Below, piece after piece: positions 1 through 10,223 of a stretch of 64,000 nt of DNA (position 1 is its first letter; each line of letters opens with the position of its first letter). The stretch lies in assembly GCA_046052125.1 (NCBI GenBank), contig JBJOMY010000002.1, positions 96,001 through 160,000 on the forward strand. The letters run 5' to 3'. Source of the DNA: Cyanobacteriota bacterium. GTDB taxonomy: Bacteria; Cyanobacteriota; Cyanobacteriia; PCC-6307; Cyanobiaceae. A program made the position numbers and the translations under genes. The notes below the pieces were generated by a model. It saw only the letters and a list, made by a program, of their open reading frames with translations, was not told the DNA's origin and made no database searches.

Positions 1-102
1 CACCAGCGAGGCACTGGCCATCGGCTTGTGGCCGCGCTGCTCGTAGAAATCGAGGAAGGCTGCGCGGATCTCAGCACCAGTGCGATGAGTGGCGGCAGCC
101 AT
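1..102 (-). CDS. alaS: alanine--tRNA ligase, N-terminal fragment (continues beyond window)
   Basis: Manual translation of minus strand from ATG at 102: MAAATHRTGAEIRAAFLDFYEQRGHKPMASASLV, the typical AlaRS N-terminus. Confidence 0.9.
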   Translation of the reverse strand, partial: MAAATHRTGAEIRAAFLDFYEQRGHKPMASASLV

Positions 103-143
103 GGCGAAGCAAGAAAAGCCTGAACCGGGCATGATCGCGCAGC

Positions 144-611
144 ATGAGCGCCCCTTCCGCCTCCACCAGCAGCCGCGACGCCACCGCAACGGCGAGCCCA
201 TCGCGGGCCCAGCTGCGGTTGCAGTCGATCGCCTGGGCGCTGGGGGCGGGGCTGAGCGCACTGCTGCTGGGGCTGCCCTTTGGTGTGGAAGCGGCGCTGC
301 GGGCGGGGGGCTGCGGCTTCTTCTATGGCCTGCTCGCCTTTCACCTGCAGCGGGTCGACCCCGACGACAGCCACCTACAGGCGGGCTTGGTGGGGGCTGT
401 GTGCGGCATTCACAGCCTGGCGTTACCGCCCCTCAGCCCCTGGCCGCTGCCCCAACCCTGGCTGCCGGCCTTGGCGCAGGTCGCGCCAACTGTGATGATG
501 GAGCTCGTTCGTGCCTGGCTGCCGCTGATCGGCGCCGCACTGGTGCTGCACGGATCGCAGGTTCTGCCACGAGTTCTCGCGGCAGGGCATACCGCGATCC
601 GGCGCTCCTGA
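144..611 (+). CDS. hypothetical membrane protein
   Basis: 155 aa ORF with several hydrophobic segments; fills the gap between alaS and the SNF2 gene. Confidence 0.7.
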   Translation: MSAPSASTSSRDATATASPSRAQLRLQSIAWALGAGLSALLLGLPFGVEAALRAGGCGFFYGLLAFHLQRVDPDDSHLQAGLVGAVCGIHSLALPPLSPWPLPQPWLPALAQVAPTVMMELVRAWLPLIGAALVLHGSQVLPRVLAAGHTAIRRS

Positions 612-630
612 GTCCTCAGGCCCCGCCTTC

Positions 631-3600
631 ATGAGCCTGCTGCATGCCACCTGGCTGCCCGTCGTTCCGCGGGGCAGCTTCGCCAAGGGCAAGGCCCCGA
701 GTGCGGGCCTGTTCATCTGGGCGGATACCTGGCGTGTGGCCGATCCGGTGGTGCCCGAAGCCGAAGCACCCTTCCACCCCCTCAGCCTCAACCTCGACGA
801 TCTGGCCACCTGGCTGGATGAGAACAACTTCTGGTCGGAAGACCTGCGCCAGGCCAGCGTCACCCTCACCCTGCCCAGCCGTCAGCAGCTGAGCCGCGGC
901 CAGAAAAGCAGTGCCGGCGATGCCTGGAGCGGGCTGCCCCTGCAGGCCGGCGAACCCCTCCCCAAAGACCTCACCTGGTGGCCCTGGCAGCTGGAGGGCT
1001 GGTTCCTCAAACCCGGCCCCGCCGCCGAGTGGCTCAACCAGCTGCCCCTCTCCGGCACCGCCGCCGCGGGCCTGGGGGATGACCTGCTCTGGTGGTGCCA
1101 CCTGCAGCGCTGGTGCCTGAGCCTGATCGCCCGCGGCCGCTGGCTCCCCGATGCCGCTGAGGGCAAGGCCAGCTGGCTGCCGCTGCTCAACCGCGAAGAC
1201 GACCGCCGCCGCCTGGAAGACCTAGCCACCCGCATGCCCCAGGTGGTGGCGGCCTCCAGCGCCGACACCCATCTCGCCTGCGGCCGGCCCCGCTCCAACC
1301 GCCTGCTGGTGGCGAGCATCGTGGAAAAGCTGGTGGACGGCCAGCTGCGCGCCGCCTTCGCCCCCGGCGGCCCTGGGCTCGATCCGCTGCTGGCGGCCTG
1401 GCAGGAGGGGCTCGCCAGCCACGACGGCAAGCTCCAACTCGACGAGGAAGACCAGGAACGTCTGGCGATCGCCAGCCACCACTGGCGCGAAACCGTGGCC
1501 GGCAAGGTGGCGCCAGCGCGGGCCTGCCTGGAGCTATTCACTCCGCCGGAAGGCGAAGAGCTGTGGGAGCTGCGCTTCGGCCTGCAGGCCGAGGCCGACC
1601 CCAGCCTGCGAGTGCCGGCCGGAATCGTGTGGGGCGCCGGCGACGGCAACCTGGCCCTGGGCGAGATCCAGCTGGAGCAGCCCGGAGCGCTACTGCTGGA
1701 AGGCCTGGGCCGAGCCCTGTTGGCGTTTGAGCCGATCGAACGGGGCCTCGATGCCGCCACCCCGGAAGCCATGCAGCTCACGCCGGCGGAGGCGTTCGTG
1801 CTGGTGCGCACCGCCGCCAGCCGCCTGCGGGATGTGGGCGTGGGCGTGGTGCTGCCCGCCAGCCTCTCGGGCGGCCTGGCCTCGCGCCTGGGCCTGGCGA
1901 TCACCGCCGAGCTACCCGAAAAGTCGCGCGGCTTCACCCTCGGCGAAACGCTCGAGTGGCGCTGGGACTTCATGATCGGCGGCGTCACCCTCAACCTCAA
2001 GGATCTCGAGAAGCTGGCGGCCAAGCGCAGCCCGCTGGTGCAACACAAGGGGGCCTGGATCGAGCTGCGGCCCCTCGATCTCAAGAATGCCGAGAAGTTC
2101 TGCGCCGCCGAGCCACCCTTCAGCCTCGACGACGCCCTGCGCATCACCGGCAACGAAGGCGAAACCCTGCAACGCCTACCGGTCCATGCCTTCACCGCCG
2201 GCCCCCGCCTGCAGGCAGTGCTCGAGCAGTACCACCAGCAGAAAGCCCCCGATCCGCTGCCGGCGCCCCCCGGCTTCGCCGGCCAGCTGCGGCCCTATCA
2301 GGAGCGCGGCCTGGGCTGGCTGGCCTTCCTGCACCGTTTTGATCAGGGTGCCTGCCTGGCCGACGACATGGGCCTGGGCAAAACGATTCAGCTGCTCGCC
2401 TTCCTGCAGCACCTCAAGGCCGAGGAAGAGCTGAAGCGGCCGGTGCTGCTGGTGGCGCCCACCTCGGTGCTCACCAACTGGAAGCGCGAGGCAGCGGCCT
2501 TTACACCGGAGCTGGTGGTGAACGAGCACTACGGCCCGCGCCGCCCCAACAGCCCCGAAGCGATCAAGAAGGCGCTCAAAGGCGTGGACCTGGTGCTCAC
2601 CACCTATGGCCTGCTGCAGCGCGACAGCGAACTGCTGGAGGCGATCGACTGGCAGGGCGTGGTGATTGACGAGGCCCAGGCGATCAAGAACCACAACGCC
2701 AAGCAATCGATGGCGGCGCGGGATCTGGGCCGGCCCGGCCGGGGCAGCAAGAGCGGCCCCCGCTTCCGCATCGCCCTCACCGGCACACCGGTGGAAAACC
2801 GCGTCAGCGAGCTGTGGGCGCTGATGGATTTCCTCAACCCCAAGGTGCTCGGCGATGAGCCGTTCTTCCGTCAGCGCTATCGCCTACCGATCGAGCGCTA
2901 TGGCGACATGTCGTCGCTGCGGGATCTCAAGGGCCGCGTTAGCCCCTTCATCCTGCGCCGCCTCAAAACCGACAAATCGATCATTTCCGATCTGCCGGAG
3001 AAGGTGGAGCTGAGCGAGTGGGTGGGCCTCGCCCCCGAGCAGAAGAAGCTCTACAACAAAACCGTGGAGGAGAGCCTCGATGCGATCGCCCGGGCGCCGC
3101 TGGGGCAGAAGCACGGCCAGGTTCTGGCGCTGCTCACCCGCCTCAAGCAGATCTGCAATCACCCGGCCCTTGCGCTCAAGCAGGATCCCGACCCCAGCGA
3201 TGCCGGCTTCTTCAAGGAGTTCGCCGCCCGCAGCGCCAAGGTGCAGCGGCTCGAAGAAATCCTCGAAGAGGTGATCGAAGCGGGCGATCGGGCGCTGCTG
3301 TTCACCCAGTTCGCCGAATGGGGCCACCTGCTCAAGGCGCATCTGGAGCAGAAGTGGCGCCAGGAGGTGCCGTTCCTGTACGGCAACACCAGCAAGACCG
3401 AACGCCAGGCGATGGTGGATCGCTTCCAGGACGACCCCCGCGGACCGCAGCTGTTCCTGCTTTCCCTCAAAGCTGGCGGTGTTGGCCTCAACCTCACCCG
3501 TGCCAGCCACGTGTTCCATATCGATCGCTGGTGGAACCCCGCCGTGGAAAACCAAGCCACCGACCGCGCCTACCGGATCGGTCAGCAGAACCGGGTGATG

Positions 3601-3762
3601 GTGCACAAGTTCATCACCAGCGGCTCGGTGGAGGAGCGCATCGACCGGATGATCAAGGAGAAGTCGAAACTCGCCGAAGACATCGTGGGCTCCGGCGAAG
3701 ACTGGCTCGGCGGCATGGACGTGAGCCAGCTCAAGGACCTGGTGACCCTCAGCGAGGACTGA
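631..3762 (+). CDS. SNF2/SWI2-family helicase-like ATPase
   Basis: LADDMGLGKT (motif I), DEAQ (II), ALTGTPVEN (III), GLNL, QATDRAYRIGQ (VI). Confidence 0.95.
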   Translation: MSLLHATWLPVVPRGSFAKGKAPSAGLFIWADTWRVADPVVPEAEAPFHPLSLNLDDLATWLDENNFWSEDLRQASVTLTLPSRQQLSRGQKSSAGDAWSGLPLQAGEPLPKDLTWWPWQLEGWFLKPGPAAEWLNQLPLSGTAAAGLGDDLLWWCHLQRWCLSLIARGRWLPDAAEGKASWLPLLNREDDRRRLEDLATRMPQVVAASSADTHLACGRPRSNRLLVASIVEKLVDGQLRAAFAPGGPGLDPLLAAWQEGLASHDGKLQLDEEDQERLAIASHHWRETVAGKVAPARACLELFTPPEGEELWELRFGLQAEADPSLRVPAGIVWGAGDGNLALGEIQLEQPGALLLEGLGRALLAFEPIERGLDAATPEAMQLTPAEAFVLVRTAASRLRDVGVGVVLPASLSGGLASRLGLAITAELPEKSRGFTLGETLEWRWDFMIGGVTLNLKDLEKLAAKRSPLVQHKGAWIELRPLDLKNAEKFCAAEPPFSLDDALRITGNEGETLQRLPVHAFTAGPRLQAVLEQYHQQKAPDPLPAPPGFAGQLRPYQERGLGWLAFLHRFDQGACLADDMGLGKTIQLLAFLQHLKAEEELKRPVLLVAPTSVLTNWKREAAAFTPELVVNEHYGPRRPNSPEAIKKALKGVDLVLTTYGLLQRDSELLEAIDWQGVVIDEAQAIKNHNAKQSMAARDLGRPGRGSKSGPRFRIALTGTPVENRVSELWALMDFLNPKVLGDEPFFRQRYRLPIERYGDMSSLRDLKGRVSPFILRRLKTDKSIISDLPEKVELSEWVGLAPEQKKLYNKTVEESLDAIARAPLGQKHGQVLALLTRLKQICNHPALALKQDPDPSDAGFFKEFAARSAKVQRLEEILEEVIEAGDRALLFTQFAEWGHLLKAHLEQKWRQEVPFLYGNTSKTERQAMVDRFQDDPRGPQLFLLSLKAGGVGLNLTRASHVFHIDRWWNPAVENQATDRAYRIGQQNRVMVHKFITSGSVEERIDRMIKEKSKLAEDIVGSGEDWLGGMDVSQLKDLVTLSED

Positions 3763-3766
3763 AGCC

Positions 3767-4705
3767 ATGACCATCACCCCCGGAAACGCCAACGGCATCA
3801 CCACCCAACTGGGCGATCAGGGCCTGGGCCAGCAGCCCTGGTGGGTGGAGCAGTGGATGGAGCTGATCAACGGCTACCGCTTCAAGAAACGGCTCGAGCG
3901 CGCCTGGGAGTACGCCCGCAGCGGCAACGTGCTCTCGATCCGCTTCGAGGGGCGCCGCGTGCACGCCCGCGTGCAGGGCAGCGGCGAAGACCCCTACAAG
4001 GTGAAGCTCTGGCTCGATGTGCTCAGCGACGACGACTGGGGCTACGTGCTCGAGGCCCTCGGCCAGAAGGCCCGTTGGTCGGCCCAGCTGCTGGCGGGGG
4101 TGATGCCGCAGGACATCGAACGCGCCTTCGCCGCCAGCGGCCGGCGCCTGTTCCCGTTCAAGTTGCAGGAGGTGCGCAGCGAATGCACCTGCCCCGACAA
4201 GATCAACCCCTGCAAACACGTGAGCGCCGTCTACTACCTGATGGGCGAGCGCTTCAGCGAAGACCCCTTCGTGCTCTTCCAGCTGCGCGGCCGCACCCGC
4301 GCTCAGCTGCTCAGCGATCTGGCCGTGAAGCGGCGGGCGCTGCTGGCGAAGAAAGCCAAAGAAGCGAAAGAGGCGGCTCCAGCCGATGCCCTCCCGCAGC
4401 CAGCCGCCGAAGGCTCCCTCAATCCCGCCCCCGCAGCCATCCGCGATCCCAACCGCTGGTGGAACTACGGCGCCGCCCTCGATCCGGGGCTCGTGGTGAT
4501 CACCCCCGCGATGGAGGGCGACACCGGCCTCGATGAAGCCGGCCCCCTGCCGTTGGCCGAAGACGGCCGCTTCCCGGAAGCCGGCAAGCTGTTTGTGGAG
4601 CAGCTCAAGGCCCATGGGGCCGCCTGCGGCACCCAGGCGATGGCCACCGCGATGGCCGCCGGCAGCAACAACGGCGAAGCGGAAACATCCCAGGCCTCCA
4701 ACTAA
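3767..4705 (+). CDS. SWIM zinc finger protein
   Basis: CTCPDKINPCKH = CxC-xn-CxH SWIM motif; 4 nt downstream of the SNF2 gene. Confidence 0.92.
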   Translation: MTITPGNANGITTQLGDQGLGQQPWWVEQWMELINGYRFKKRLERAWEYARSGNVLSIRFEGRRVHARVQGSGEDPYKVKLWLDVLSDDDWGYVLEALGQKARWSAQLLAGVMPQDIERAFAASGRRLFPFKLQEVRSECTCPDKINPCKHVSAVYYLMGERFSEDPFVLFQLRGRTRAQLLSDLAVKRRALLAKKAKEAKEAAPADALPQPAAEGSLNPAPAAIRDPNRWWNYGAALDPGLVVITPAMEGDTGLDEAGPLPLAEDGRFPEAGKLFVEQLKAHGAACGTQAMATAMAAGSNNGEAETSQASN

Positions 4706-4709
4706 CGCG

Positions 4710-5267
4710 ATGGGCGCCTTGATCGCCGGTTCACGCCGCAGACGGCTGCGGCGCCTCGCCGTTCAACAGGCACCCGCTGTTTGGCTCACCCCGGCCAAGC
4801 ACCATCTAGCTGCATGCATCGTGCGCTCCTTCGAGCAGGCCTTCGGGCGCCCGCTGCTGCCGCGGGGCAACGCTGAGCACCTGGCCCAGGAACTGTTCGC
4901 AAGCGACACCGTTGTGCTCGCCCACGACGGCAGCGCCGACCCGTGCTTGATCTACGCCAATGCCGCCGCGCTTCAGCTCTGGGAGCGCCCCTGGGCCGAC
5001 ATGATCGGCATGCCTTCGCGGCTCACGGCCGAACCACAGGAACGCGAAGGGCGTGCCCGGATGCTCGCCACTGCGCTGCAACAACACGCCAGCGAGGGCT
5101 ACAGCGGCGTGCGCATCAGCAAGAGCGGTCGCCGCTTCCAGATCCACAACGCCCGCCTCTGGACCCTCTGGGGGCCGGGCGATCAACCCTGCGGCCAGGC
5201 AGCAGCCTTCAGCAGCTGGTGGTGGCTCCAAAGCCCCCATTCGGCTCTTACGAAAACCCTGGTGTAG
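4710..5267 (+). CDS. MEKHLA domain (PAS-like) protein
   Basis: VLAHDGSADPCLIYANAAALQLW...GMPSRLTAEP...GYSGVRISKSGRRF is MEKHLA-like; start uncertain. Confidence 0.85.
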   Translation: MGALIAGSRRRRLRRLAVQQAPAVWLTPAKHHLAACIVRSFEQAFGRPLLPRGNAEHLAQELFASDTVVLAHDGSADPCLIYANAAALQLWERPWADMIGMPSRLTAEPQEREGRARMLATALQQHASEGYSGVRISKSGRRFQIHNARLWTLWGPGDQPCGQAAAFSSWWWLQSPHSALTKTLV

Positions 5268-5394
5268 CAACCGAACTGGAGGCGTGACGACCGTACGGAG
5301 CGGATCGGTTCTCACCCTTCTGGTGATCAAGCAAGCGGAGCACATTGGCGTTGCGGGTGATCACCCCGCACCCGCACATTCAGGAGCTATCGCC

Positions 5395-5847
5395 ATGCTC
5401 ACCCTTCGTCAATCTGCCTTTGATCGCGCCGGTTTTGATCGCATTGAATCCGATCTGTTCAAGCGCCTCGAGCAGCAACTCCACAGCGCCGAGCGAGTTC
5501 CGGCTGCAGAAGTTCGTGAAACCGAAACCGGTTACAGCATCAGCCTGGAGCTCCCCGGCGTCGCCCGCGACTCCATCGATGTGAAAGCCACGGATCGCAA
5601 CCTGGTGATCAGCGCCGAGCGCCGGGCTCCGCAACCCAGCGAAGCTGCATCGGCCACCGAATCCGAACAACCGCAGGCCGCCCCGCTGCTGAGCGAATTC
5701 CGCTACGGCACCTGGAGCCGCAGCTTCCGCTTCCCTGGCGGCATCGACCGTGAGGCCGTGCAGGCCGTCTATCGCGATGGTCTGCTCACGGTGAGCGTGC
5801 CCAAGGCCCAGACGCTCACCAGCGTGAGCGTGAAGGTGGAGGGCTGA
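5395..5847 (+). CDS. hspA: small heat shock protein (Hsp20/alpha-crystallin family)
   Basis: ELPGV..DSIDV, EFRYGTWSRSFRFP, AVYRDGLLTVSVPK; AGGAG RBS at 5382-5386 before ATG 5395. Confidence 0.93.
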   Translation: MLTLRQSAFDRAGFDRIESDLFKRLEQQLHSAERVPAAEVRETETGYSISLELPGVARDSIDVKATDRNLVISAERRAPQPSEAASATESEQPQAAPLLSEFRYGTWSRSFRFPGGIDREAVQAVYRDGLLTVSVPKAQTLTSVSVKVEG

Positions 5848-5898
5848 AGCCAGCGGCTCGACGCCGCCCACCACGACCACACCAACGAGACGGGATCG

Positions 5899-5927
5899 AG
5901 CCCTGGCCTCACCGCCGGGGCTTTTTT
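5899..5927 (+). terminator. Rho-independent terminator after hspA
   Basis: GCCCTGGC-ctcacc-GCCGGGGC stem followed by TTTTTT. Confidence 0.8.
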
Positions 5928-5985
5928 GTGAACCCCTGGCCCCAGCTGGCTTACCTACAGTTGCTCCCAATCGCGAGCGGATCCC

Positions 5986-7728
5986 ATGGCTGAGACAGCC
6001 GTTGCCAGCACACCGCGCCTGAGCCTGCAGTGCGAGGCAATAGCTGCCGACACCACCACGATCCGCTCGCTCGACTGGGACCGCAGCCGCTTCGACATTG
6101 AGTTCGGCCTGCGCAACGGCACCACCTACAACAGCTTTCTGGTGCGGGGTGAGCGCACCGCCCTGATCGACACCAGCCACCTCAAGTTCGAGAGCACCTG
6201 GCTGCCGCTGCTGCAGGAGCAGATCGATCCGAAGGCCATCGATCACCTGATCGTGAGCCACACCGAACCCGATCACTCCGGCCTGATCGGCCACCTGATC
6301 GATCTCAACCCCGAGATCGAGATCGTGGGCTCCAAAGTGGCGATCCAGTTTCTGGAAAACCAGGTGCACCGCCCCTTCAAGAGTCGGGCGGTGAAGAGCG
6401 GCGATGAGCTGGATCTGGGCACCAACCCTGAGAGCGGGGTGCAACACCGCTTCGAATTCCTCAGCGCTCCCAACCTGCACTGGCCCGACACAATCTTCTC
6501 GTTCGACCACGGCACCGGCATCCTCTACACCTGCGACGCCTTCGGCCTGCACTACTGCTCCGATGACGTGTTCGATGTGGATCCCGGCGCCATCGCTCCA
6601 GACTTCCGCTTCTATTACGACTGCCTGATGGGGCCCAACGCCCGCAGCGTGCTGCAGGCGATGAAGCGCATGGACGCGCTGCCGGCGATCAACACCGTGG
6701 CAGTGGGCCATGGGCCGCTGCTGCGCGAACACCTCAGCCTCTGGCTCTCCGACTACCGCGAGTGGAGTGAAGGCCGCAGCAAGGGCGAGGCCTACGCCGC
6801 CGTTTGCTACGTGAGCCAATACGGCTTCTGCGATCGCCTCAGCCAGGCGATCGCCCGCGGCATCGGCAAGGCGGAAGCCCAGGTGCAGCTGGTGGACCTG
6901 CGCGCCACCGATCCTCAGGAACTCAGCGCCCTGATCGGAGAAGCCAGCGCCGTGGTGGTGCCCACCTGGCCCGCCAACCCCGATGCCGACCTTCAGGCCT
7001 CAATCGGCACGCTGCTGGCAGCGTTGCAACCCAAGCAGTGGGTGGCCACCTACGACGCCTATGGCGGCAACGACGAACCGATCGACACCGTGGCCTCCCA
7101 GCTGCGGGGCCTGGGCCAGAAGGAAGCCTTCGAGCCACTGCGCATCCGCCAAGTGCCCGACGGCAACGACTACCAGCGCTGCGAAGAAGCCGGCACCGAC
7201 CTGGGCCAACTGCTCACCCGCGCCAAGACGATCGCGGCGATGAAGTCGCTTGATGGCGACCTCGACAAAGCCCTTGGCCGTCTCTCCGGCGGCCTCTATG
7301 TGGTGACCGCCCGGCAGGAGGAGCGAGCCTCGGCCATGGTGGCCAGCTGGGTGAGCCAGGCCAGCTTCGAACCGCCCGGCCTCACGGTGGCGGTGGCGAA
7401 AGACCGCGCCATCGAAGCGCTGATGCAGGTGGGTGATCGCTTTGTGCTCAACGTCCTGCGGGAAGACAACCACCAGGGCCTGCTGCGCCATTTCCTCAAG
7501 CGATTCCCGCCCGGTGCCGATCGCTTCGCCGGTGTGGCCACCCTCGAGGGCGTGGCAGCCGGCGGGCCAGTGCTGGGCGATGCCCTCGCCTACCTCGGCT
7601 GCCGGGTGCTGCAGCGCATGGAAGGGCCCGATCACTGGATCATCTACGCCGAAGTGGAGCAGGGCAACGTGGCCGACACCCAAGCCAGCACTGCAGTGCA
7701 TCACCGCAAAGTGGGGAACCACTACTGA
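5986..7728 (+). CDS. flv3: class C flavodiiron protein (Flv3 type)
   Basis: Metallo-beta-lactamase di-iron motif SHTEPDH, HWPD, flavodoxin-like domain and C-terminal flavin reductase domain (ASWVSQASF..PPG). Confidence 0.88.
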   Translation: MAETAVASTPRLSLQCEAIAADTTTIRSLDWDRSRFDIEFGLRNGTTYNSFLVRGERTALIDTSHLKFESTWLPLLQEQIDPKAIDHLIVSHTEPDHSGLIGHLIDLNPEIEIVGSKVAIQFLENQVHRPFKSRAVKSGDELDLGTNPESGVQHRFEFLSAPNLHWPDTIFSFDHGTGILYTCDAFGLHYCSDDVFDVDPGAIAPDFRFYYDCLMGPNARSVLQAMKRMDALPAINTVAVGHGPLLREHLSLWLSDYREWSEGRSKGEAYAAVCYVSQYGFCDRLSQAIARGIGKAEAQVQLVDLRATDPQELSALIGEASAVVVPTWPANPDADLQASIGTLLAALQPKQWVATYDAYGGNDEPIDTVASQLRGLGQKEAFEPLRIRQVPDGNDYQRCEEAGTDLGQLLTRAKTIAAMKSLDGDLDKALGRLSGGLYVVTARQEERASAMVASWVSQASFEPPGLTVAVAKDRAIEALMQVGDRFVLNVLREDNHQGLLRHFLKRFPPGADRFAGVATLEGVAAGGPVLGDALAYLGCRVLQRMEGPDHWIIYAEVEQGNVADTQASTAVHHRKVGNHY

Positions 7729-9545
7729 TGGGCACCCCTGCCAATGACCGCCGGGTGATTCAGATCCCGGTGGAGCCAGGCCTGGTGTGCCTGCGAGGGC
7801 TGAGTCCCAAGCGGCTGCGCTTCGAGGTGGAATACGGCCTGGAGCGGGGCACCACGGCCAACAGCTTCCTGTTCCTTGCCGCTGGCGAAGATCCAGCCCT
7901 ACTGGTGCACCCACCCGGGAACACCTTTGCCGAGCCCTACCTGGAGGCGTTGGCTGAGCTGGTCCCATCCAGCAGCAGGCTGCAGGTGGTGGTGGGCCAC
8001 ACCAACCCCAACCGAGTCCAATTGCTGCGGCAGCTGGCCCAGCGCTGGCCTGAGCTGGAACTGATCAGCTCCAACCCCGGCGCTCAGCTGCTGCGGGAAC
8101 TCTGGGATCAGCGCAAGCCCACGCCCCCAGGCGCAGACACCACCAGCAAACCAGAAGCCCTTCCGCCGCTACCGCCGCTGCAAGTGGTGCGCGGGGAACT
8201 CCTACTGGAGCGCGCCGATGGCCACAGCCTGCAGTTGCTCTCCACCCCCACGCCGCGCTGGCCGGGTGGATTGATGGCCTTCGAGGAGAGCAGCGGCCTG
8301 TTGATGAGCGGCAAGTTCTTCGCGGCCCACCTCTGCATCGAGGACTGGGCGGAGAGCAACCGCAGCAGCACCGAGGAAGACCGCCGCTACTTCTATGACT
8401 GCCTGATGGCTCCGATGGTGCGCCAGGTGGAGGCGGTGCTCGATCGCATCGATGAGTTGGCGATCCGCACCATCGCCCCCGGCCACGGCCCGGCCATCGC
8501 GGAAAGCTGGCGCAGCCTCCTGGTGGACTACCGTCGTTGGGGAGCCACCCAGGAGCGCGCCAAGCTCTCAGTGGCGCTGCTCTACGCCAGTGCCTACGGC
8601 AACACTGCGGCCATCGCCGACGGGCTCGCCCAGGGGGTGGCGCGCACGGGCGTGCGGGTGGAAAGCATCAACTGCGAATTCACTCCCCCGGACAAATTGC
8701 TGGAGTCGATCCGCAGCTGCGACGCGGTGCTGATCGGTTCGCCCACCCTCGGCGGCCACGCCCCCACGCCGATCGTGTCAGCCCTGGGCACGTTGCTGGC
8801 CGAAGGCGACCGCGCCAAACCAGTGGGGGTGTTCGGCAGCTTTGGCTGGAGCGGCGAAGCGCTCGATCTGCTCGAGAGCAAATTGCGCGATGGCGGCTTC
8901 CGCTTCGCTTTCGAGCCGATCAAGGTGAAGTTCAGCCCGGATGCCGCCACCCTCAAGACAATCGAGGAAACGGGTACAGCCCTCGGCCGCAAACTGCTGA
9001 GCGAGCAGCGCAAAGAACAGCGCCGCAGCGGCGGAGGCGGTGGCCTGAGCGAAAGCCGCAGCAATCCCGCCGTGCTGGCCCTGGGCCGGGTGGTGGGCTC
9101 CCTGTGCGTGCTCACCACGGTGAAGGGGAGCGGCGACACGCCACTGAGCGGGGCGATGGTGGCCAGCTGGGTGAGCCAGGCCAGCTTCTCGCCACCCGGG
9201 CTCACGGTGGCCGTGGCCAAAGACCGGGCCGTCGAAGCCCTGCTGCATGTGGGCGACTGCTTTGCACTCAATGTGCTGGCGGCGGGCCGGGAAAGTGGAC
9301 CGATGAAGCAGTTCCTGCAGCCCTTTGCACCGGGTGCCGATCGCTTCGCGGGGCTGGAGCTGGAGAACAGCCCCTCGGGCCAGCCCGTGCTGCCGGAAGC
9401 CCTGGCCTGGCTGGAGTGCAGCGTGAAACAACGGATGGAATGCGGCGACCACTGGCTGCTCTATGCCCAGGTGCAAACCGGCGCCGTGCTCGATGCGGCT
9501 GCCACCACCGCCGTTCATCAACGCCGTAGCGGCGCGAATTACTGA
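7728..9545 (+). CDS. flv1: class C flavodiiron protein (Flv1 type, non-canonical metal site)
   Basis: Same architecture with degenerate motif GHTNPNR; YASAYGNT flavodoxin loop; TGATG overlap with upstream gene. Confidence 0.85.
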   Translation: MGTPANDRRVIQIPVEPGLVCLRGLSPKRLRFEVEYGLERGTTANSFLFLAAGEDPALLVHPPGNTFAEPYLEALAELVPSSSRLQVVVGHTNPNRVQLLRQLAQRWPELELISSNPGAQLLRELWDQRKPTPPGADTTSKPEALPPLPPLQVVRGELLLERADGHSLQLLSTPTPRWPGGLMAFEESSGLLMSGKFFAAHLCIEDWAESNRSSTEEDRRYFYDCLMAPMVRQVEAVLDRIDELAIRTIAPGHGPAIAESWRSLLVDYRRWGATQERAKLSVALLYASAYGNTAAIADGLAQGVARTGVRVESINCEFTPPDKLLESIRSCDAVLIGSPTLGGHAPTPIVSALGTLLAEGDRAKPVGVFGSFGWSGEALDLLESKLRDGGFRFAFEPIKVKFSPDAATLKTIEETGTALGRKLLSEQRKEQRRSGGGGGLSESRSNPAVLALGRVVGSLCVLTTVKGSGDTPLSGAMVASWVSQASFSPPGLTVAVAKDRAVEALLHVGDCFALNVLAAGRESGPMKQFLQPFAPGADRFAGLELENSPSGQPVLPEALAWLECSVKQRMECGDHWLLYAQVQTGAVLDAAATTAVHQRRSGANY

Positions 9546-9777
9546 TCGAACAGCTGAACCAAAGAACACAGTTGCAGCCCCTGATCTGTAGCTCAGCGCA
9601 CAGCGAACCAATTGTTCACGATGGCCGCAAAATCGGCAAAACCCAGGCTGGCACAGCGGTTTGAGCCAGCCCAATCATGTCTCTGTCAGGAGACTTGATC
9701 TCCTGAGGAAGAAAAGCTGAAGTCTGCCTGGATCGGCCTGATCACCGCTCAAATGGGAGCAGCCGATTGCCAGCACA

Positions 9778-9981
9778 ATGTCGATGGCCGTGAGTCCCAA
9801 CCCACTGCATCAACGCTGGGTTGTGCGCTACCGCGGCTTTGTGCTGATTCCGCAGAACGACCTCAGCTGGCTGGTGCGTCCTGAGCGCAGCCCGATGACG
9901 CTGCTTCCCTTCCGCACACCGGCCAGCTCGGTCGACGATGTGAAGGCCCTGATCGACTGGCGCCTGAATCAGGCGGCCTGA
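9778..9981 (+). CDS. small hypothetical protein
   Basis: 67 aa ORF with protein-like composition (VRYRGFVLIPQ..SWLVRPERSP), ATG start. Confidence 0.65.
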   Translation: MSMAVSPNPLHQRWVVRYRGFVLIPQNDLSWLVRPERSPMTLLPFRTPASSVDDVKALIDWRLNQAA

Positions 9982-10223
9982 GGCGGCGGGGGGGTCGAGC
10001 CACCAGCCACAAACGGCAGCACCACCGTGGCCCAGCGCTCCGGACGGGCGGGACGCTCACGGCGCGGGCGTCGCACGCCGAAGGGCACGCGAACGACGTT
10101 GGTGCCCTCAACCCGCAGCGTTTGATCGTTGCTCAGTACCGGCGTGGAGACATCGCTGAGCGACGGCAACGACACATCGGCGAGGAGCTTGATCGAATTG
10201 GTTCCCTGGTCGTCAGCGCTCAT
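9969..10223 (-). CDS. small hypothetical protein
   Basis: 84 aa ATG ORF, 3' end overlaps the convergent small gene. Confidence 0.6.
   Translation of the reverse strand: MSADDQGTNSIKLLADVSLPSLSDVSTPVLSNDQTLRVEGTNVVRVPFGVRRPRRERPARPERWATVVLPFVAGGSTPPPPQAA

Noticed and set aside
5265..5312. CIRCE element upstream of hspA
   Set aside because: TAGCAACC start and AACCGA/TCGGTT repeat do not match TTAGCACTC-N9-GAGTGCTAA
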